Below are positions 49,293-62,300 of a stretch of 64,000 bases of DNA, one piece after another. Both the position numbers and the translations under genes were made by a program. Source of the stretch: Mobula hypostoma (Eukaryota); assembly GCF_963921235.1 (NCBI RefSeq), contig NC_086097.1, positions 214,646,001 to 214,710,000 on the forward strand, written 5' to 3'. The notes beneath the pieces are model-generated. The model saw only the letters and a list, made by a program, of their open reading frames with translations. It did no database searches and was not told where the DNA came from. Numbering within the stretch: position 1 is the stretch's first letter; every line of letters begins with the position of its first letter.

Positions 49293-50239
49293 TGGTGGGC
49301 TGATAGGCCCATTTCCTTCCTGACCTGTTCCAAGTTCTGTTTTATGTATTCGTATTTTAGATTTACATTTAAATATTCCGTATTAAATTTATCACTTTGT
49401 GCAATTCGGGCAGCCGCAATTTTCAAACTGTTCCCTGTATTTTAAAAGTTTCTGTCATTCTTGGAGATTCAATTTAGCAAAATTAGAGTGAGAGAAGTTG
49501 CATATTTCATGATAATTCCAGTTTTTGTATTAAATTGCCTTTTCATTGCTATGTTAACATGCTTGGATGAGAGCTTCTACCTCTCCCAATAATCCAGTGC
49601 TTTTAGTCTCAGAGATGACACCCACAACATTACCTTTCAAATATTAGAACCTGTGGCACTTTCTCCCCTGTGGATCCTGGACATCACGCGTGAGGGCGTA
49701 TATGCTATTGAAGCTCAGGCCACCAAAAAAGTCAGCAAGAAAAACCCCGGGAAGCTCGCTGGTTTAGTTTTTAAAGAGCATCGTTGTTTGTTCATGTGTT
49801 GCTGCTGAACCACGAGGAGATCTTGGATACCCTCTGTCTGACCCTAACCATAGACCCCATCTGATCAAGCCGAACTCTTTGCATACATAGCGCTGGGGTC
49901 TATTACCTCAAATGTGGACAGATGACCCGGATTAAAATCTTTCCGAATTTCATATAATAAGGTTGCCATTCTTTATATGCATCCTGGGTCCAATGACGTA
50001 GCCATGCCTGGTTTTAAAACCTGACTCTAGTAGTATTAATAAAGTAAATAGATGTTTGCTGCACAATTCCTGTTACACAATAATGTTAATTAGAAGGAAC
50101 AGCACCTTTTTAAATTGATATCTGGAAAGAACTATTGATTCTGTCTATGGTTTTCACATAGGCAGAATCAATTACAACTGTCCCTTAAATTTCTCTTAAA
50201 CTGTGAATAAAAAAAATCAAAACCCTCATGCCAGTGGGT

Positions 50240-52510
50240 TGTGAGCACTTACTCGGGATGGCCTTGATGTTGGAACAGGGTTAACTAGCAGGGATTTTCA
50301 AGTGGGCAGCTTCCTTCCTCCATATTTCATCAATTAATCCACTACATCTCCGGACGATGACTTCAGGTGTCCCAGACTCACCCCCCCCGTTGTGTCCTCC
50401 CACTCTCTTGATGTTAACTTGGCACCAGGAGATGCCTTTCTGCTTGATCCAAAGCCAGTGATTACTTATTTCTGCCACCTCTGATGTGACTCTGATGGTT
50501 TGCTGTAGAGTCTGACCATGGATCCCGAGCTCTTTCAGCAATTTGATGGTGGATGTGGCTATAAATCCCCACAAACCACCTTCACAGGACAAAGTTTGGT
50601 TTTCCAGCCCCGTTGCTGGGCTTCAGTTGCTACATCTGTGTAGCATAACCTCTTGCTCTCGTATACTTCAGCCACTGAATCCTCCCATGGGACTGTGAGG
50701 TCCACGATGTAGACAATCCATAACGAATTGGACCAGTGAACCAAGTCTGTCCTGAGGTTGGTGATAGCAATCTCTGGTGGAAAGGTGAGTTGTTTATTAA
50801 CATCCACCAGCATTTCCCCGTCACTGGGCATGTTCATCTGTCCTGTTTCTGGCATAGGAAGGAGATTAGTTGGTCTTTTCACTCCATCCTGGACAAATGC
50901 TGCTGGTGTCAGAGCATTCTGGGGAGATGAGGAGCTAGTTGCTATCCTCTTGGTCGTTAATCTGGTTGTGATGCCATGAGTGAGGCAGATTTTGCTGCTT
51001 GCTAGGATATGCTTGAGCATTGCCAGAATCAGGCGCAGGGAACAAGTTGGGTCTTCACCGAAACATTGTTGGATGTTTTTTTTCGTGAGGGAAGCACATC
51101 ACATGTAGCTCCGATGAGAAAGTTAAGTCTGTTTGCTTCCATCTCCCATATGTCCTTCCAGCTGATTTTCCTCCTCTCAGTGCTTTCCACCACGTTCATG
51201 GCCCCTGCTTAGCCAGGGAGACGGCCTTCTCACTTCTGTCTGACTCTTCTTGCCGCCGCACTGCCTCGACAGCCATCTTCCATCGCTCTGGAATTGTGGC
51301 CTTGAGCCAGGTGCGTCCACTTGCTGCCAGACCAAAGCCACCCCTGCCCTATTGGACTTGGGCACAGAGACATTGTGGGGCAAGGACTGTTGTTGCTTGC
51401 TGCACCACCATCAGCTGAAGTCCATTTCCACCCAGCTGGTAAGGCCAGTGCAGCGTTACAAATTGTCTTGTCACGAGAGTCTTTGAGTGCCATCTGTAGA
51501 CGCACCTTAGAACCCTTGAATACCTCTATAAGGCCAGTGATAGGTAGTTCAAGGACTCCTTTATCATAGAGACTGATGTTACTGACACACCTTAGTGACA
51601 CTGTACCGCTTCTTTACAAATGATGTGATTGTTAGTGGGACCTCGTGGACAGTGAGTGGCCACATCACCCAGGGTAGGAGTCCAGACTGTGAGCACCAAA
51701 CCTGGCAATTGCACTCAACGTCAGTAAGATGAAAGAGTTGATTGTAGACTTCAGGAAGGGTAAGACGAGGGAACACAGACCAATCCTCATAGAGGGATCA
51801 GAAGTGGAGAGAGTGAGCAGCTTCAAGTTGCTGAGTGTCAAGATCTCTGAGGATCTAACCTGGTCCCAGCATATCGATGCAGTTATAAAGAAGGCAAGAC
51901 AGCGGCTGTAGTTTATTAGGAGTTTGGAGAGATTTGGCATGTCAACAAGTACACTCAAAACTTATATAGTTGTACCTTGGAGAGCATTCTGACAGGCTGC
52001 ATCACTGTTTGGTATGGAGGGGCTACTGCACAAGACTGAAAGAAGCTGCAGAAGGTTGTAAATCTAGTCAGCTCCAAAGTACCCAGGACATCTTCAAGGA
52101 GTGGTGTCTCAGAAAGGCAGACCCCATGATTAAGGATCTCCAGCACCCAGGGCATGCCCTTTTCTCACTTACCATCAGGTTGGAGGTACAGAAGCCTCCT
52201 CAACTCTCCTTTCTTGAACGTCACTCAATCTCCTGCTTATTCCTGGATTTTATTGGTGGTGATGTTGTCTTTCCACTCTTCCTTGCATGACTCCAAACCT
52301 CTCTTTCCCGTAGCAATAGACAATGTCTCCCATTGCATCCAACTTACTTTCTGCTGTTCCATTTTAATTGCTCCAAAATCTTCATCAAGTCGTTGTTGGT
52401 GGTTTCCCACTCTTCCTTATCAGCAGCTTTGGGCTGCTTCACGAGCAGTCTGTGCCCTTTGATATTTCTCTCCTTGGGAGGTGTTTGTGTTTGGGTGGGT
52501 TGGGTCCTTC
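50240..52510 (-). mobile_element. HERO-like non-LTR retrotransposon remnant (restriction-like endonuclease), RT largely missing
   Basis: ORF 50559-51020: LKHIL..., LR(T)DLV.WS...IVDLTVPWE...K...Y......GW; 50281-50592 (GFIATS..KLL..LGI...WLW); N-terminal-like PKAADKEEW piece at ~52200-52500. Confidence 0.72.
51709..52196 (+). mobile_element. Rex1/Babar thumb-region fragment within the HERO remnant
   Basis: KELIVDFRK...VERVSSFK.L.V.ISEDLTWS.H....KKARQRL. Confidence 0.88.
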
Positions 52511-52519
52511 AATAATATG

Positions 52520-54150
52520 GTGTGAATCCTATCAAGCCCTGGGGATCTTTCCCCATTAATACTCATTAGGAGGCCCAACATTTCTTCCTCCTTGACTTCT
52601 AAATGCCCTAAAGTATTTATACACTCAGCACTGATCTTGTGTTCCTCCATGTCATTTTCCTTGGTAAATACTGAAACATTCTCTGCATCCAAGCAATTGT
52701 TCCCTGCTTTATCCTTGAGTGGTCCCACCCTCTCCTTAGTTATCCTCTTTCTCTTGATGTATGTATAGAATGCCTTGGGATTCACCTTAATCCTACTTGC
52801 CAAGGACTTTTTACAGCCCTCCTGGCTTTCCTAGTTCCCTTCCTAAGTTCATTTGTGGTTTCTTTATACTCCTCATGTGCTTCGAATGATCCTAACTTCT
52901 GAAGCCTTACGTACTTTTCCTTTATCTTCTTGACTAATATCATCACCTCTCTGGATATCCCACTTTCTCTCATCTTCCCTTCGCTGTACTTCCTTCTAAC
53001 AAGAACATACCTTTCCAGTACTTTGTGCAATTGATCTTTAAACTCCCTCCACATGTCTTATATGAACTTGCCAGAGGAAAGGTGTCCCCAATTAAGCTTC
53101 TTCATTCCTGCCTAATGCCCTCGTAATTTGCCCTACTCCAATTTAAAACTCTCCCACAAGGACCAAACCTATCCTTATCTATAGCCATCCCGAAAGTTAC
53201 AGAGTTGTGATCACTGTTCCCTAACTGCTCACCCACTGAAAGGTCAGTCACCTGGGAAGGCTCATTACCCAGCACAAGGTCTAGTACGGCCCCTCCTCTC
53301 ATTAGATCGTCCACATATTGAATGAAGAAACCTTCCTGGATATACTTAACAAACTCTGCTCCATCTAAACCCCTTGCACTAAGAAGGTCTCAGTTTGTAT
53401 TAGGGACAACAACCCTATTATTTTTACATATTTCCTTAATCTGGTTGCATACCTGTTCCTTAATGTCCCAGTGGCTATTAGGGGGTCTGTAGCACAATCC
53501 CACCAGTATAATTGCACTCTTCCTATTCCTGAGTTCTACCCAAATGGACTCAATTTCTGACCCTCCATTATGTCTCCTCTGAGTGCAGCTCTGATATTTT
53601 CCCTTATTAGTAGTGCAATTCCCCCCTATCTTGTCTACCTCCTCCTCTGTCTTATCTAAAACTTTGAAAACCTGGTACATTAATCACCCATTCCTGTCTC
53701 TCTTTCATCCAAATTTCAGTAATGGCTACAACATTGTAGTTCTATGTACTGATCATGCTCTAAGTTCATCACCCTTACCCATGATACTTCTAGCATTAAA
53801 ATATACACACTTCAAACTATCCAACCCATCATACCGGTTATTTCGATTTTGCCTTTCAATACTTTCCCTGACATCTACCTCTGGTCTAATCCTTCCCTTA
53901 CTGGGTTCCCAGTCCTCTGAAAAACTAGTTTAAACTCTCCCAAGTAGCATCAGTAAACCTCATGACCAGGATATTGGTTCCCCTCCAGTTGAGGAGCAAT
54001 CCGTCCCTCTTGTATAGGGCACCCCTTCCCCAGAAAAGGTTCCAATCATTCAAGAACTTGAAACCCTGTCCTCTACACCATCTCCTCAGCCACTTATTCA
54101 TCCATGCTATTGCCCCATTCCTACCTGTATTAGCCCGTGGCACGTGGAAT
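52520..54150 (-). mobile_element. Degenerate CR1 (ORF1 C-terminus to endonuclease/linker)
   Basis: ORFs 53925-54143 (DGL.LN, SLN*), 53390-53680 (YRPP), 53102-53314 (LDLVL, SDHN), 52420-52803. Confidence 0.88.
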
Positions 54151-55894
54151 AATTTAGAAAACTAAAACAAAAGTATTTTACATACAGTACTTGTCTGAAC
54201 TACTGAGAAAAAGTGTCAGTCTGCAAACATTGACAATGCCTGCCACAGCATCTTAATCAATCTCTGGCAAAAAGGCCTTATTTGAAATATTAACATCTTG
54301 ATGGGCCAAATTCTACTCCTTTGTCTTAGGCTGTATAGTCTCTCTTCAGTTTAAATAAACTATTTTTGCTTTTATATTAATATTAAAGTGAGCAGTGTGA
54401 GGATATTAAACTGGGGGAATGGAGCACATTTGAGTTTCAATACAAAACATTCACAGGTTGGCTATGTGCTAGGTTGTGAAGTGTTAACGTGCCTCTAACC
54501 AATCTCAGAGAGGACCCCAGATGTATTATCAGTATAGCAGAATTTTTTTTTCATTTTCCCCTTGTAAGTGAATTGAAAATTCTGTAAATCTCAAACAAAA
54601 CCAAGCACAAGTGTCAAGTATTTTTTTAATGGAACAGAGAACAGAGAATTTTGGAAATAAAAATTGTGGACGCATAGCTGAAATGTTGAGAAACAAATAA
54701 GGGATTTAGCTGTTATACGGGAAGATTAAAAGCCAACTATTACAACAATAGGAAATTAAACTTGCCAATTTTTGGAGATGAAATTCATGGGTACTTGCAA
54801 CATTAATGCGATAAATGTTTTCATGTATTCACAACCTCACTTTTTTTTATTAAAACTCATTGTGGAGAGCTGTTTTCCTCACTTTGCACACAGCTCTGCA
54901 CAAATCTACTTGATGAAGAGTCTTTTACTCAGGCCAGCGATTTTCTCCCACAGCTCTCTCCCAAACCCATTTTCACTGAATGGTTGATAGAGCCATTATG
55001 GGCACTTGCTGAGGAAAAGTCTGTACTAATTACTCAGACAACAGGCTTTATAATATGATTGCAACAATATGCACTCCCAATCTGACCTGATGTGCAGCTG
55101 TCAGATCTGAACCTAACACTTCCAAGGTGAACAATAAAGGTGCCTGCTTAAGTGTGTTAATATTTATTTTTTAAAAAACAGCTAAGCAGAATACCACTGA
55201 TACCGAATAAATATCATAATTTATAATGGTTGCAAACAGTGGAAGTATTTTCAGGAGACTTTGGAATTAAAAGATGAAAATGTTTGAAGTACTCAGTAAG
55301 CCACACAGAGAGAAACCGAATTAAAAATTTCGTACTGTTGACCTTCAATCTGAGTTGGAGGAAAGACAGAGAAGGAACATGTACAAGCCTAGCATTTTCC
55401 AGTTCTGAAATATTGTCCCTGACAGTTTTGCATGGAAATGCCAGCAAGTACATATGTCCCAAGTTTCTGGCAGATGGGGAACCAGGTCAAGCATCCTGCT
55501 CCAAATTAGACTTGGATCAAGTCAGAAACATTCATAGTATTTGGATAGCTTTGATAGTTGACTAATTTGAGATGTAGTTTAACCATCCATCAGAATTTTT
55601 GCTCCAGAAATGTTCTGGCTTTTTCTAGTCCCCCGCAATTCAACTACATAAGCATGGGACCTTGTTGCCCAGGAGACAGGACAGCCTTTAATCAATAATT
55701 TACTCTCAGAAAATCTGCACAAGAAAAGAAAACAGTGGGGAGTTACTGACCACAAATACTGAACCACAAATTATCTCTATGTATGTTGTTTGGTCTTCTG
55801 AACAGTTTATTAATTTAATAATTTTTGACTGTCTAGATATGTTCCCTACACATTCTACATTTATTTCAGATTTCTAGTCTCCATAACATTTGAG

Positions 55895-56950
55895 ACATGC
55901 ACTCAAAATGCTGGAGGAACTCAGTGTCGGGCAGATTCTATGGCCGGAAATAAGCAGTCAACATTTCAAGCTGAGATTGGAAGGGAAAGGGGGTCAGAAG
56001 CCAGAATAAGAAGGAGAAAGGCGAAGAAACAGTACAGGCTCGCTGGAGATAGGTGAGACCAGGTGTTGTAGGGAGGAGGAAGTAGGAAGTTGGGAGGGGG
56101 GGGTGAAAGATAAAGGGATGAAGAAGAAGGAATTTGATAGCAGAAGACAGTGAATGATGGAAGAAAGGGAAGGAAGAGGGAAACTAAAGGGAGGTGATAT
56201 GGTAGGTGAGGAGAAGAGAAAGGGTGAGAAGGGAACCAGAAAGGGAAATAGAAAAAGAGAGAAGGATGGAGGGGGAGGGAGAAATTACTGTAAATTAGAG
56301 ATATCAATGGTTTATACCATTAAATTAGAAGCTATCCAAATGAAATGTGAGGTGTTGCTCTTTCATCCTGAGTTTGGCCTCATCATGACAGTAAAGAAGG
56401 GAAATGGACAGACATGAGAAGTTGAATTGAAATGGGTGGGCACCAGCAGACCCCGCCTTTTGCAGAGGGCAGAGTAGGCATTCTCGACTAAGCTGCCCCT
56501 CAATCTGCATTGGGTCTCACTGATGTAAAGAAGGCCTTACTGGGTGCACTGGGGAACAATATATGACCCCATCAGCCTCACAGGTGAACTCACCCTTACC
56601 TGGAAGTACTGATTAGGGTCCTGAATGGTTGTGAGGGAGGAAGTTTAGGGGCAAGTGTTGCCCTTGTCTCATTTGCAGAGATAAGTATAGGAAAGAGATT
56701 ACTGGGGAAGGATAAGTGGGCATGGGAGTCATGTAATCTGTGAGTATAATCCCTTCAGACAGCAGAGGAGGATGCAGTGGGGGGAGGGAAAGATGTGCTT
56801 AGCGGTAGGATTCTGTTGGAGATAGTGGAAGTTGTGGAGAATGTTGTGCTGGACACAGAGGTTCATGGGGTTGTAGGCAAGGACAAGGGGAGCCCTATCC
56901 CTGTTATGACAGTGGGAGGATGGAGTAAGTGTGGATGTATGGGTGAGGGC
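55895..56950 (-). mobile_element. Degenerate Penelope-like element
   Basis: ORF 56325-56510 (LLYCHDEAKLRMKEQHL) matches the C-terminus of 40640-40966; terminus aaaatgctggaggaactcag at ~55905. Confidence 0.82.
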
Positions 56951-57003
56951 AGTATCAAAGGTGATTTTATTTTATGACTTGCTTTAAGACAATTCCTTTA
57001 GAG

Positions 57004-57082
57004 TGGGGATTCCCAACTCGGGTTCAATGGCCCCTTGGTTAATGGTCAGGCTCAAAAGCATACAAGAAGTTGGGAACCCCTG
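57004..57082. mobile_element. 79-bp hAT (Charlie-type) MITE
   Basis: TIRs tggggattcccaact / (reverse complement) caggggttcccaact; 8-bp flanks ctttagag / ctttacgg (6/8). Confidence 0.65.
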
Positions 57083-57224
57083 CTTTACGGGCACCTTGCC
57101 TTCCAGCTTTTAGAAAGGCGTAGAGATGAGATGACACATCATTGAAGTAATGTGATGTTTGATCTGACTAATGTGACTCACAGTTACATGACATAGAGTA
57201 ATTTGTTGTCTGGCCTAGCTTCAA

Positions 57225-59228
57225 AACTATAAGCATACAAATTAGCCAGAGAAAGTGGCTCACCTGAGGACTGGGAGAAATTCAGAGTTCAGCAGAGGAG
57301 GACAAAGGGCTTAATTAGGAAGGGGAAAAAAGATTGAGAGAAAACTGGCAGGGAACATAAAAACGGACTGTAAAAGCTTTTATAGATATGTAAAAAGGAA
57401 AAGACTGGTTAAGACAAATGTAGGTCCCCTGCAGACAGAAACAGGTGAATTGATTATGGGGAGCAAGGACATGGTAGACCAATTGAATAATTACTTTGGT
57501 TCTGTCTTCACTAAGGAGGACATAAATACTCTTCCAGAAATAGTAGGGGACAGAGGGTCCAGTGAGATGGAGGAACTGAGCGAAATACATGTTAGTAGGG
57601 AAGTGGTGTTAGGTAAATTGAAGTGATTGAAGGCAGATAAATCCCCAGGGCCAGATGGTCTGCATGCTAGAGTGCTTAAGGAAGTAGCCCAAGAAATAGT
57701 GGATGCATTAGTGATAATTTTTCAAAACTCGTTAGATTCTGGACTAGTTCCTGAGGATTGGAGGGTGGCTAATGTAACTCCACTTTTTAAAAAAGGAGGG
57801 AGAGAGAAACCGGGGAATTATAGACCGGTTAGCCTAAAGTCGGTGGTGGGGAAACTGCTGGAGTCAGTTATCAAGGATGTGATGACAGCACATTTGGAAA
57901 GCGGTGAAATGATCGGACAAAGTCAGCATGGATTTGTGAAAGGAAAATCATGTCTGACGAATCTTATAGAATTTTTTGAGGATGTAACTAGTAGAGTGGA
58001 TAGGGGAGAACCGGTGGATGTGGTATATTTGGATTTTCAAAAGGCTTTTGACAAGGTCCCACACAGGAGATTAGTGTGCAAACTTAAAGCACACGGTATT
58101 GGGGGTAAGGTATTGGTGTGGGTGGAGAATTGGTTAGCAGACAAGAAGCAAAGAGTGGGAATAAATGGGACCTTTTCAGAATGGCAGGCGGTGACTAGTG
58201 GGGTACCGCAAGGCTCAGTGCTGGGACCCCAGTTGTTTACAATATATATTAATGACTTGGATGAGGGAATTAAATGCAGCATCTCCAAGTTTGCGGATGA
58301 CACGAAGCTGGGTGGCAGTGTTAGCAGTGAGGAGGATGCTAAGAGGATGCATGGTGACTTGGATAGGTTGGGTGAGTGGGAAAATTCATGGCAGATGCAA
58401 TTTAATGTGGATAAATGTGAAGTTATCCACTTTGGTGGCAAAAATAGGAAAACAGATTATTATCTGAATGGTGGCCGATTAGGAAAAGGGGAGGTGCAAC
58501 GAGACCTGGGTGTCATTATACACCAGTCATTGAAAGTGGGCATGCAGGTACAGCAGGCGGTGAAAAAGGTGAATGGTATGCTGGCATTTATAGCGAGAGG
58601 ATTCGAGTACAGGAGCAGGGAGGTACTACTGCAGTTGTACAAGGCCTTGGTGAGACCACACCTGGAGTATTGTGTGCAGTTTTGGTCCCCTAATCTGAGG
58701 AAAGACACCTTTGCCATAGAGGGAGTACAAAGAAGGTTCACCAGATTGATTCCTGGGACGGCAGGACTTTCATATGAAGAAAGACTGGATGAACTGGGCT
58801 TGTACTCGTTGGAATTTAGAAGATTGAGGGGGGATCTGATTGAAACGTATAAGATCCTAAAGGGATTGGACAGGCTAGATGCAGGAAGATTGTTCCCGAT
58901 GTTGGGGAAGTCCAGAACGAGGGGCCACAGTTTGAGGATAGAGGGGAAGCCTTTTAGGACCGAAATTAGGAAAAACTTCTTCACACAGAGAGTGGTGCAT
59001 CTGTGGAATTCTCTGCCACAGGAAACAGTTGAGGCCAGTTCATTGGCTATATTTAAGAGGGAGTTAGATATGACCCTTGTGGCTACGGGGATCGGGGGGT
59101 ATGGAGGGAAGGCTGGGGCGGGGTTCTGAGTTGGATGATCAGCCATGATCATAATAAATGGTGGTGCAGGCTCGAAGGGCCGAATGGCCTACTCCTGCAC
59201 CTATTTTCTATGTTTCTATGTTTCTATG
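57225..59228 (+). mobile_element. Young 5'-truncated CR1 with (TTTCTATG)3 tail
   Basis: Uninterrupted RT-to-C-terminus ORF; 3' UTR stem ggtgcagg/cctgcacc; tail at 59205-59228. Confidence 0.95.
57627..59129 (+). CDS. CR1 ORF2 reverse transcriptase plus C-terminal region (500 aa open segment, no endonuclease)
   Basis: KSPGPDG, NYRPVSL, QHGF, DFQKAFDKVPH, GVPQGSVLGP, FADD, RDLGV, RPHLEY. Confidence 0.9.
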   Translation: MKADKSPGPDGLHARVLKEVAQEIVDALVIIFQNSLDSGLVPEDWRVANVTPLFKKGGREKPGNYRPVSLKSVVGKLLESVIKDVMTAHLESGEMIGQSQHGFVKGKSCLTNLIEFFEDVTSRVDRGEPVDVVYLDFQKAFDKVPHRRLVCKLKAHGIGGKVLVWVENWLADKKQRVGINGTFSEWQAVTSGVPQGSVLGPQLFTIYINDLDEGIKCSISKFADDTKLGGSVSSEEDAKRMHGDLDRLGEWENSWQMQFNVDKCEVIHFGGKNRKTDYYLNGGRLGKGEVQRDLGVIIHQSLKVGMQVQQAVKKVNGMLAFIARGFEYRSREVLLQLYKALVRPHLEYCVQFWSPNLRKDTFAIEGVQRRFTRLIPGTAGLSYEERLDELGLYSLEFRRLRGDLIETYKILKGLDRLDAGRLFPMLGKSRTRGHSLRIEGKPFRTEIRKNFFTQRVVHLWNSLPQETVEASSLAIFKRELDMTLVATGIGGYGGKAGAGF

Positions 59229-59388
59229 TAACTGGCCTGTTTCTGCAACTAGTGATCAGAATAAAGAAAATGTATTTTATACAGCAATATTCAACGAAGT
59301 GCTCTTTTCATAGACCAACTTTATAACTGATGAGGGAATGCTAATAAATGAGATTTAAGGATACTTCTCTTTAGCCAAGAGCACTCAC

Positions 59389-62300
59389 TGTTGTGTATTC
59401 AATATTTCAGTAATATTGTGTGTGTGAATAATTCATTACTGGCTATATGTAAAAGTATATGCATCACTTAAAGTAAAGAAGAATTTAGACTTGCATTCCA
59501 GACTCCCTTTTTTCTTCCAACTAGTTTTATGTTTTGGAGTTAAAAAAACATAACAATGATGGTGAAGAAGTTTTAAATGAACTCAAGACAACTACCTACC
59601 TGTTGAAATGCAGTGAGACACTCCAGTTTTAAAAAATTGCAGTGTGAAATGGTTGAGTTTTTAAAAAAAAAAAGCAGCACAGCCGTGTCACTTTGGAAGG
59701 GAGAGAGAGAAGATGATCGAGTTTAAAACAAGGCAGAAAACAAACAAATTCACGGGTGTATAGATAGTGAAAACCAGGTGATAATATTCATAAATAAAAA
59801 ACAGAAATGGCTGGCTACATCGGAAAAATAGATGTGTTCAATTGCACAAGAAATAACTGGAATATGTATACTGAGCAAACTGAGCAGTATTTTAAAGGCA
59901 ACTGGAATAGTCAATCAGAAACAAGTACTAGTTTCACCAAGTGTAATAGGTGGGAAACCATACTAGCCAAAATGAGCTTTGATGATGTCATGAAAGTAAT
60001 GTGGGAACATTTAGAACTGAAACCGTTGTTGATTGCAGGATGCTTTAGTTCATAAGTGGAATCAAAAGGAAGGGGAGTCCATTTCAGTGTGTGTGGCTGA
60101 ACTGAAGAAACTGAGAATTGTCAGTTTGGTAATAGGCTTAATGATGCACTGAGAGATTGTTTAGTTTGTGGAATCTTACAAGAAAACTTTCAAAAATGGT
60201 TCCTAACAGATGCACAACTTGCATTTAATACAACAGTTGACATAGCTGTATCAATGGAAACAGCACACAGAGACATAATTGAGTTGCAGTCAGGAATGAA
60301 AGTGAGTGTGAACAAAATTGCAGCATCTAAGGAGAAACCAGCCTGGCCAAACAAATTGGGTTATCATTGTGGCAGAGGCATGCATTCATTAGCCCAGTGC
60401 AGATTTAACATTGAAACTTGCAGAAAATGCAACAAAGTAGGACCCATATAAAAAGCAGAAATAACTGTAGGGCAGATAAAAATAACTGGACTGTACAGGG
60501 TAGAGAAAAAGATAAAAAGTCACATTGCAGTTTCAAAAAGAGCACTAATCTGCATGTTGTTGATGAAAAATCTGATAATGAGAGTGACACAGGACTGGAT
60601 AACCTTGAGATTTATAATGTGAAAGCTAGAAATAGGCAAGCATTATGGCTTACTCTAGAAGTGAATGGCAAATTAATTAAAATGGAATTGGACACTGGTT
60701 CATCTGCATCAGTCATTGCACAAAATAAGCTTGAATTCCATTTCAAAGATATTGAAGATATGCATTAGCCTGCGGATATGCATCTAAGAACTTCTACCAG
60801 AGAAAAGAAAACTCCTGTATGAATGACATTCATAACAGTGAGATAAAACAACACACAGGCCATACTGTGCTGAAAAAAGAAGTGAGGTTATAAATGGCTG
60901 AGACAACTCCTACTTGATTGGAGATCCTCCTGCAACAGAGTCAACTGAAAGCGAATTAAGAAAGATACTGGATGATGCCACAGCAGTGTTCAAGGATGAC
61001 ATTGGAAAACTCAAACTTATCAAGGGCAAAATAGTGTTAAATGAAAATGGCACACCCGAGTTTTACAAAGCCCATCCGGTCCCTTATACCATTCATGACA
61101 AAGTAGCCAGTGAGCTAGATCACATGGAGGCTAAAGGAATTTGTTCCAAGGTTTTGTAGAGCCTATGTGCAACAACAGTGATGTCAGAATGGGTCAGTCA
61201 GTATCTGTGGTGACTTTAAGGTCTCCATCAACCCAGTACTGAAAGTAGATCTGTACCCTCTGCTCAGGATAGAGAATATATTTGCAATCCTTTCTGGAGG
61301 AAAACATTTCAGCAAAGTGGATAGCTGAGGCCTGCCTAGATAGCAATGGAAGAAAAGTCCAAAGCATTTCTCACCATAAACACTTATAAAGGGATTTATC
61401 AATATAACAGGCTTATTTTTGGAGTAGCATCTTTACCTGCACTCTGGCAGAAAGCTATGGAACAGAGCTGCAAGGCTGCCCAGGCTGTCAGTGTTACCTG
61501 GATGACATCATTATAGTGGTGAGAATAACAAGGAACATTTCCAAAATCTCAAGACAGTGTTAAAAAGACTAGAAGTTTATGTGCTCACAGCACAACACAA
61601 GAAGCGTGAATTCTTTAAACCAAGCATCACTTACGGTAGTTACGCCTTTGACACAAAAGTATTATGCAAGTGTGCTGAGAAACTCCAAGCATTAGTGGAT
61701 GCCCTAAGTCCAAAGGATATGTCACGATTGCAGTCCTTTTTTGGGATTTGTCAATTATTATAATGGATTTCTGCCAAACCTGGCTACTATGCTGCACCCC
61801 TTGCATTCATTACAACAGATTGAGAAGAAGTGCAATGGACAAGGCATTGTGAGGTGACTTTCCAATAGACAAAGGAAATAGTGACATCAGACACTGTGCT
61901 CACACTTTATGATCCACATTGTCCAGTGAAGCTTGTTTATGACTCCTTATGCCTTATAGCATAGGTGCAGTCATGTCGTATGTCATGAGTGATGGAAGTG
62001 AACGTCCCATTGCCTTTGCATTACCTTCCCTTGCTGCTGCAGAGAGAAATTATGCACAGATTGACAGTGAGGCCTGGAGTCTGGTTTGGGGTGTTAAAAA
62101 CATTTCAAACAGATCTTGTATGAGAGAGTTTATCCTCATTACTGATCTTCAACCTCTAGTCCATTTTCAATCCACTGACGGGTGACCCACCTACAGTAGC
62201 AGCACAAATGCAGAGATGGAGGGCACAATTACAAGATCGAATTCTAGAGGGCAGCTAGTCATGGAAATGCTGATGAAGCATCTTGGAGAAAGGAGAATGA

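Noticed and set aside
49648..50077. CpG-richer segment with a short open frame (PVALSPLWILDITREGVYAIEA...) or a possible solo LTR
   Set aside because: No convincing TSD or termini, weak donor site and no recognisable homology.
58037..59152. Long antisense ORFs (134 and 230 aa), also 31713-32204, 45117-45536 and those overlapping the Gypsy pol
   Set aside because: Shadow frames of retroelement coding sequence with no independent motifs.
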